This document shows positions 50,991 through 57,667 of a stretch of 57,667 bases of DNA, piece by piece (within the stretch, counting starts at the first letter, position 1; each line of letters begins with the position of its first letter). Source of the stretch: Ancylonema sp. Its lineage: Eukaryota. The position numbers and the translations under genes were made by a program. The notes under the pieces were generated by a model. That model was given only the letters and a program-made list of their open reading frames with translations. It was not told where the DNA came from and did not search any database. The stretch spans positions 1-57,667 of the forward strand of contig JBFLGF010000189.1 in assembly GCA_050230475.1 (NCBI GenBank), read 5' to 3'.

Positions 50991-51240
50991 GGTTAGGACT
51001 GGCTCACTAAGAGCGTCAGTACTAATATGTGATGGTAAACAATCAAGTTTACAGGCTGGCTCAGTAAGAGCGTCAGCGGAATACACAAGTAATGACAAGT
51101 AGTTACGAAGGTCACTTCGGTCAACTTGCCAAATTCGTCGACGGTTGTCGCACGGGTAAGCGTAGACAAGACACGGAGATGATGGCAAGATTTGGCGTCA
51201 TCCTAGAGTTGCAGAATTCAGAGAATACAATTGACAAGAT
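50991..51240 (+). repeat. ~230-bp direct repeat, copy 2
   Basis: Homologous to 45265-45494, with a ~19-bp insertion near its right end. Confidence 0.9.
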
Positions 51241-51432
51241 AAATAAATAAATAAAAAATCTGAAGATTTTATTCTTTTTCATCAATTATCCTTTCCAGAC
51301 TTTATATTGTTGATAGTAATTGTCGACTAGCCCTCGGCGTCAAGTAGTGTTCCACACATTCACGCACGAGAAAGTGTGATAGAATTAGCGTAACACCTAG
51401 TTCTCAGCAGAGACTCAATCTGCAACCCTTAG

Positions 51433-51595
51433 TGAGAGGAGCAGAGCCATACTACCTCTACTATCGACATCGACATCAAGACCAGTAAAGAGATACATCA
51501 ACAAACAGACCACCAAGACCACACCTTGATAACCATGTAACTCAGATATACCCCCACAACCTCATTATAAGAAACCGACTCCAAACCGCACGTCA
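51433..51595 (+). repeat. Second LTR copy of the same family, in inverted orientation
   Basis: TGAGAGGAGCAGAGCCATACTAC...TATCGACATCGAC...AGTAAAGAGATA...AACCGACTCCAAACCGCACGTCA matches the reverse complement of 46012-46127, with an internal insertion. Confidence 0.8.
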
Positions 51596-51760
51596 GGGCT
51601 GGGCTCCACGGGCTCGCATCAGCAGGTCATAGGAAATGCGATTTTCGCGGCCAGCGGCTTGCCTCTCAAGGGCCTGAATATGACGTCAAATGTGGTCGGG
51701 TAACCGAATTATATGACGTCACATCAGTGGCAAGAGGCAGCGTCCATAGGTCATGCCCTT

Positions 51761-52200
51761 AGAGCATCCGTTACGGCCTCGCAAATATTTGAGCATAATT
51801 TTGAGATATGCTCGGTGATGATCAATTTATCATGCGGCAAAATGACATGTGCTCCGTTGGCAAACGTTACGGCCTGAGCATTCTGAAGCAAAATATTTGC
51901 CACGTAACAATTGGTTTTCAATTGGTCCGGATGAAACTCTTAAGTTTTCTGCCACGTAAGCGAACCGTACGAGAATCTGATTGGTCCAGAGGTTATGCTC
52001 AACCCGATGATTTACGCAAACTTCTAATCATATTTTGGGAAAATTTGCGACAAGATATGCGTAAATCATCCGGCAGAATGTCCTGAGCATAATAATTTTG
52101 ATATGCGCAGGCCGTAACGTTCGCCATTTTGGAAGATTTGAGCATATTAATGGCAGAAGTCGAAAATCAGGATGATATGCGAGGCCGTAGCGGATGCTCT
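51761..52200. mobile_element. PIF/Harbinger (Tourist-like) MITE
   Basis: TIRs AGAGCATCCGTTACGGCCTCGCA / TGCGAGGCCGTAGCGGATGCTCT in TTA-like flanks. An internal second inverted pair GTTACGGCCTGAGCAT / ATGCGCAGGCCGTAAC is present. Confidence 0.75.
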
Positions 52201-52523
52201 TTAGGGGTACCTTGCCCGTAATTACAAAAGAATAATACAGTAAAACCTGTCTTAATTCAGAATGTCGGAATCGGAAAATATTAGTGATTAAGATAGGTTA
52301 TTCACCTAAGACAGGATCGGTTCCAAATGACGTGAGACCAGTTTCTATGTGAATACAGCGCAGTTTCCCATGGTGTAACCATTCCTTGTTTGAGTTCAGT
52401 GACGTTGTTTCAGGAGTCAAAAAAAAGTCAAATGCCTTCATTACGTTGTCAATAAAGATTCCTCAGATTCCTCTTCAGTGTATGTGGGGTTATCCCCATG
52501 TAATGCCTCTCCTCTAGGAAAAC

Positions 52524-55500
52524 ATGACTTTTGGCAAGCTTGTAGTCCCGCGAGCACCCGAAGTGGTTGATAATATTTCAGGAGATAATCTTTCCAGGGG
52601 AGATACGAATGAAAATTTGCGACATCACGTTAGCTCGGGCTTGGAAAATGAGCTCTTTCTGACCAACGGTGTCCCTGAAACGGCTCCAAGCTCCTCTCTT
52701 GAGCCTGGCGCTTGTGAGGAAGGGAGCGCACCCTACAGTTTTTCATGGGGGGACTCATTACCCTCGCAGCGCCGTTTAGCAGCAGAATCTCTTTCTCTCT
52801 TTGTCTGTCTGCACCGATCCTTGGCCTTGACTGACAGGTACCAGTATCCCTTTGTTCGAATCCATGTATACCATCTCCGTCTGGAAGCCGAGGAGCTTCG
52901 AGCGTCATGGTTTTGGTCCAATTTGATCATTTAGAATATAATTTGTTTTTTTTTGGGATCTAAACCTGGCAATTTCGATCACTCTTGCCTGACATTGGTC
53001 GAGCCACGGTTGCCGTGAATTGTTGCTGGATTCCGCTCAGATGGGAGGTGGTAAAGACCTGGAGTCAGAAAATGGGAGAGCTCCTCAGAGACAGGTCAGC
53101 TGGGGCCCCTGCCAGCTCAGCTGATGAGCAGGTGAGTGTGCAGGAGTGGCAGAATGTGTTCCTTCGTGTGCTTCACGTTTGAGCACGAATATGTCAATCT
53201 CGGACTCCATTGACGGCTTCACCGCGCGAGTGCAGATGGAAGATGTCGTAGATGTCGGAGATGGGGGGGAGGAGGTGATGCTGCAGCGCCAAATGATGAG
53301 TGCGGTCTGGAAGATGGTGGAGATCTGCTACGTGGAGGACGAGCCTGGGGTGGGGGCTGGGGGGGCAGGCGCAGCAGAAGCCCTCGTTGGTTGGCTCTTG
53401 GTGGGCTCATTTACACTCTCTCTGTCCCGCTCCTGCCCCATCCCACGCCCACAGAAGGGGCGGGAGGGTCGGGTGGAACCAGGTCTCGTCTTGGGGCTTC
53501 TGTGGCCTGCCGAGTTATGACGAATCTGTGGTCTCTTGATGGGTTTAGGATCACGATGCGTTGCTGTCTCCGCAAGACAACACCATTGCTGCTCGGAAAC
53601 TGAGCCTGCAAGACAGACTCATTGCGGTGGAGGTACGCTGCTGAGGCATGAACCCTGAACCCTGAACCCTGAACCCTAAACTCTCAACCTTGAACCCTTA
53701 AACACGGGTTAGTTGGAACCCCTACGTTGAAGTGTACAGCTTAGCTTCGGGAGTGAATGGAGGTTAAGGGGCAAGAAAGATACTGTTCAGAATTCAAGAT
53801 GGTTGGATTTAAAGGACCACTTCTGTTCCATACCAAGGGTTTATCATCCGATGTTCGACAGTACTTGGGGTGGACAATGCCAGAAGCAGAAAGTGGATGT
53901 AGATTTTCCTGAGGTAAAAGAACGGTCTCCTTGTACCTGACCGGGCCGTTGTGATCTGTTGCTGCAGTTCCCGGAAGACGAGGAGCAATATTGGGAGGGA
54001 ATCGTGGAGAGTGCTAGTGTCGGATGGATGGATGTCGCGGTAAGGTCAGGGTTCAGGGTCAGGGTTCAGCTCCGCAGCAAGGTGGCAGGAGGTTGAGGTG
54101 TTCTTGTCGCTTCTCTATCCTACAGATTCAGCTTCTGCGGATGCATGGGTCCTACCGACAGGATCAGCTGCCATTGCGGACGGTAGGCTGGCGGGCGGGG
54201 TAGGGGGTGGGGGTTGGGGGGGCGTTGCTCTGGAGGACAGTCTGTGAGGTTGGCATTGCTGAACCGTGCAGGAGGAGAATGGGGTAGTAGAAGCTGTGGT
54301 CCAGCTCCTGGCGCAGATGCCTTGGCTGAACCCCAAACCCCAGAAAGTCGCAGGCACCACCCTGAACTCCTTTACTTCCCTTCCACAATACGCCCATGTA
54401 AGCAAAGCCTGTTCTTCTCCAGCATCCGGCTGTATTGGAGTAGGGTGGGTAGGGTTTTCGGGGCTGAGGTCAAACCTGTCCAGGCGTGAGAGTGACAAGT
54501 GTCCAATCCTGGCTCCTCATTGGCCAGGAACGCACGCGGTGGCTGAGGAGGCTCAGTGGGCTGGCCTCGCTAGGGGCATGGCAAAAAATATCGCACCAGC
54601 GAACAGAGGCAGGCCTGGGGCGGCTGCTGGCAATGCTGCAGGGCAGCCGAGAAATCTTACGGGAAACTGCCCGGAATTGGATGGAGGGGGTGGTGGGCAG
54701 GTGCTTGCATTTGGACGGGGCCAACGGGGTAATATACCTCACTTTTTTTTTTTACTTTTTTTTTGTCGTGAATCTGATGAACTTGAACACGCACGAGAAT
54801 GAGTATCCCGCAAGCCGCTCGCAGGGTCTGCGTTCCGTAGGCGCGATCGCGCGAAAGTATGTGGAGGGGGGACCTCCTCTACCCCCTTTTGAATCCATGG
54901 TGCTGGCTGCTTTGGAGCACAGCACAGAGGAGCTCGTGTCCGAAGCCTCTCGATTCTTTGACTCATGGTACGATATCACCACTTCTGACCGGTGCCCACT
55001 CGGGTACCCGAACGCTAAACCCTCAAACCTGAAACCTGAATCTGAACCCTAACCCCACACCTTAAACCCGGACCCCGAACTCTAAACCCCAAACTCTACA
55101 CCCTAAACCCTAAACCCTTGACCCTGGACCCTCCTGGATCCTGAACCCCTGCAGGATGGTCTTCCACCTCCTAGAGCTCATCCGCGTGGGCGGCAGTGCG
55201 TCCGACAGAGCCCTGGTAGAGGCGGAGGAAGGTCACACGCTGAGTCTGAGGGAGAGATACTGTCTGGAATACGTGCAGCATCTGGCCTCTCATCCCGCCA
55301 CCTGGCAGGTCTTGAGGCTGGCTTGGGGTGGGCGGTTGGAGTGATGGGGAACCGTTTCTCACAGGCTACGGCTGGTCTGCCTCGTTCTGTGCGTGCCAGG
55401 TGGCGCCTGCGTACGCCGCCACGTGTCCGACGAAGGGCCGGGGAGTGTTGGAGGCGATCTTGATCCGAGTGGCGAATCAAGGAGGCAGCGGGAGCAAGAC

Positions 55501-57045
55501 TGTCTACAAAGTGAGCGCTGAGAGGGATTTTTTTTGGAGCTCACAAACATGTTTTCCTCACATTGTGGAAAAAGCTGTGCAGGCGCTGGAGATCTGTCGG
55601 CAATACGATTTGGCGTCCACGTCAGCGTCGATCTGCCAGGTCAGCAGATTCCCCGTCCCCCATCCTGCCAGCTGTTTCATTCTACTGATCAACAAAACTG
55701 TGAAACTTTTGACCCTGTGATGAAGTTCTTTGAGGGGAATATGATGTAGGCTCTGCTCACGTTGTTGCTCTCTCCTGCCCCTGCTGCTCACTGCAGACCC
55801 AGGGGGCCCTCTGTTGGGAGCGGGGGAACTGCGCAGCTGCCGTCGCATGGTTTCGTAGGGGGAAGGATGACGCGTGGCTGCGGGCGGTGGCGGATGCGGT
55901 TGTGAAAGGGTTGGGGGGTGCAGGGGGGGAGGCAGCTGTACAGGTATGATGCCGAGGGTCCTTCAGAGGCGGCATGCCATGGGATTAGTGCGGTTTTCGG
56001 TGCCCATCTTTTTGGAACGGTTTGGGTGCAGGATGCTTGTGCGCTGATGGAGGAGGTGGGAGAGGAGTTGGGGGGGGGTGCAGAAGATGTACTCGGATTC
56101 TTGCAGAGGTACTTGGGGGACGGGTAACTAGTTGCCAGTCGATCGGGTGGGTGGGTTTCGAAGAGATTGGCAATTGATGGAATCGTGCATGACGGGCTCA
56201 TTTTTTGTCTTCTGCCTTCCTCCTTCTGCCTTCCGCCTCAGGTTCAAAGATTTGACTTCTGCCGTCGCAGAATTGAGGAGAGGTTGTGAAGAGGCGGCAG
56301 GGGAGAGTGAGAAGGTGGTGAAGAAGGCCGTGAAATGCCTGCTGGAGGTGGGGGGGGAGAAGGCAAACGGGAGGGTTCAGGTTCAAGGAGCCGGACAAAG
56401 GAATGTTACGAAATTTCGGGCTGGAGTCTTAGGGTTCAGGGTTCAGGGTTCAGGGTTCAGGGTCTTGCCCTGGTGATGTACGGTCATTCTGTGGTACCTG
56501 TACAGCTGTTGGAGCCCGGAGGTGTGCCGCCAGAGCTCTACTCTCGGACTTTAGAGTGTGCGGTAAGCACAAGGATTTCGCATGTAACTTGGGCGTGCGT
56601 TGGATCTTTTGAAGTTGGTACTTCATTTGTCGTTCCCTTGTTTTCTCTGGAGTGAGGTGTGGAGGGAGGCGGTAGAAAACCTGGTTGAGAAGCGGACGAC
56701 AGTGATTCAGGATTTGCTGTCGCAAGGGGATGTAACCTGAGTGTGTGCTTGTGTCATGCATCATGAGGTGGCATATACAATGAGGTGGCTTGTGGCATGA
56801 CAATTGGACAAGTGTTTTTTTTGTGGTTGATCCAGGTGGCGCTGTTGGAGTGGCCAGAAGGTGTGTTGGTGGGGTCTGAACACACTCAGGAAATAATGAG
56901 CCAGGTGCAGTACCGTACCTTTTTGGAAGATGCCCATCCCCGGGAAGGGGAAGTGGGGCGCAAGCGTCCTCGAGGGGAACAGATGCAACGCTTGACTCAT
57001 GCACTCACCTCGAACTTGGGTCGGGCAATCATGTGCGGTCGGTGA
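52524..57045 (+). CDS. NUP85: Nuclear pore complex protein NUP85, multi-exon
   Basis: Exons give AVWKMVEICYVE, ALVGWL, PEDEEQYWEG...VGWMDVA-IQLLRMHGSYRQDQL, ENGVVEAVVQLLAQMP, TARNWME, FFDSW-MVFHLLEL, LASHPATWQ-VAPAYAATC and ALTSNLGRAIMCGR*. These match the plant Nup85 pattern. The start codon is less certain. Confidence 0.85.
53651..53700 (+). repeat. Telomere-like (AACCCTG/AAACCCT)n repeats in a NUP85 intron
   Basis: aaccctgaaccctgaaccctgaaccctaaa. Similar arrays occur at 54045-54068, 55015-55150 and 56429-56463. Confidence 0.75.
55015..55150 (+). repeat. Degenerate telomere-like (CCCTRAA)n array filling an intron
   Basis: taaaccct/gaaccct/ggaccct heptamers run almost to the 3' splice site. 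Confidence 0.75.
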
Positions 57046-57667
57046 CGGGAGTACCGATTTCGACTATCATGTCGGTCTGTTGTAAAAAGGAGGGCGAGGT
57101 GCTGTATTTTTGTAGTGGTTTCCGTTAGTTGATGGGAGTATGTGGGGGTGTGGAAGCTTGGCGGAAAGGTGAGAGGTTGAGCTTCAGTTTTGTTTGGTTT
57201 TGAAGATTAGTTTGGGGCGAAGCAAGGGGTTTGTCAAGTTTACTCTGAGGTTCTATCAATTTCTACTGCATGTACCGTATGTTGCAAATCACGTGGTCAA
57301 GTGTTTCAGCTGACGTTTGTGCCATGTGGTCATGTATCTTGGTCTACCAGCTTGTGCATGGCGTCATGAATCATCTGTGTACACCAGGTTTTCACTATCT
57401 TCTTTCTGTTTTTCTATCTCAAGTCAACGCATGGTGTATATTGAATCCTTGGTAGGCCAAAATCTAGGGGCCGAAAAATATTTTATGACGGCCGCAATTC
57501 AAGAGCTTGAGCTACCACTCGAGCAATACTATGCATATTGCATAAAATTCGTTTCTGAGTGAATAGACACTGTTTGAAGGCCCTTTTCGTACAGCAAACC
57601 TGTAATTTTATGGGCAGGGCAACTAGTTTAAATCATGGCCTTTATAAATGGAACTCTTCGGAGTCAA

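Larger units (their letters stand above)
46012..51240 (-). mobile_element. Decayed Ty3/Gypsy LTR retrotransposon with C5-DNA methyltransferase, RT, RNase H, integrase and PHD finger
   Basis: RT: DYRPIN, FSKLDLRQGYHQI, PYGLKNAP, YTDD (48954-48541). RNase H: ILATDWSAHGLGAVLSQ. Integrase: CxxC, WGVDFAGP, HTDQGAEF, AERMVQT. PHD: CRQC...DNCNDGYHIYCLRPPL...WFCPHH (~46330-46190). The RT-RH-IN order is Gypsy-type. Many stops and frameshifts; gag/protease not found. Confidence 0.9.

Overview
Eukaryotic, intron-rich, green-plant-type genomic DNA. The gene families are streptophyte-like and the style suggests a charophyte/streptophyte alga or early land plant, but the organism cannot be fixed from sequence alone. 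In order, the window holds: a non-autonomous hAT-like element; plastid isopropylmalate isomerase large subunit (+); a MITE-rich spacer; a MUT9-like/PPK casein kinase 1 (+); a 3-ketoacyl-CoA synthase (KCS, -) head-to-head with a 10-exon gene encoding a single ~1215-aa fatty acyl-AMP ligase-ACP-type III polyketide synthase fusion (+); NOP10 (-, missed by the ORF track) head-to-head with GPI8 (+); a MATE/DTX transporter (-) head-to-head with an ARID-HSP20-domain protein (+); a truncated Copia element; a decayed Ty3/Gypsy element carrying a C5 cytosine methyltransferase domain before RT and a PHD finger after integrase; a Tourist-like MITE; and NUP85 (+). The most striking system is the divergent KCS + FAAL-ACP-PKSIII pair, a candidate compact pathway for very-long-chain alkyl-pyrone/alkyl-resorcinol (sporopollenin/cuticle-like) lipids. 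The second is the methyltransferase-bearing retrotransposon. All exon models were assembled by hand from splice signals and remembered family motifs, without database searches.
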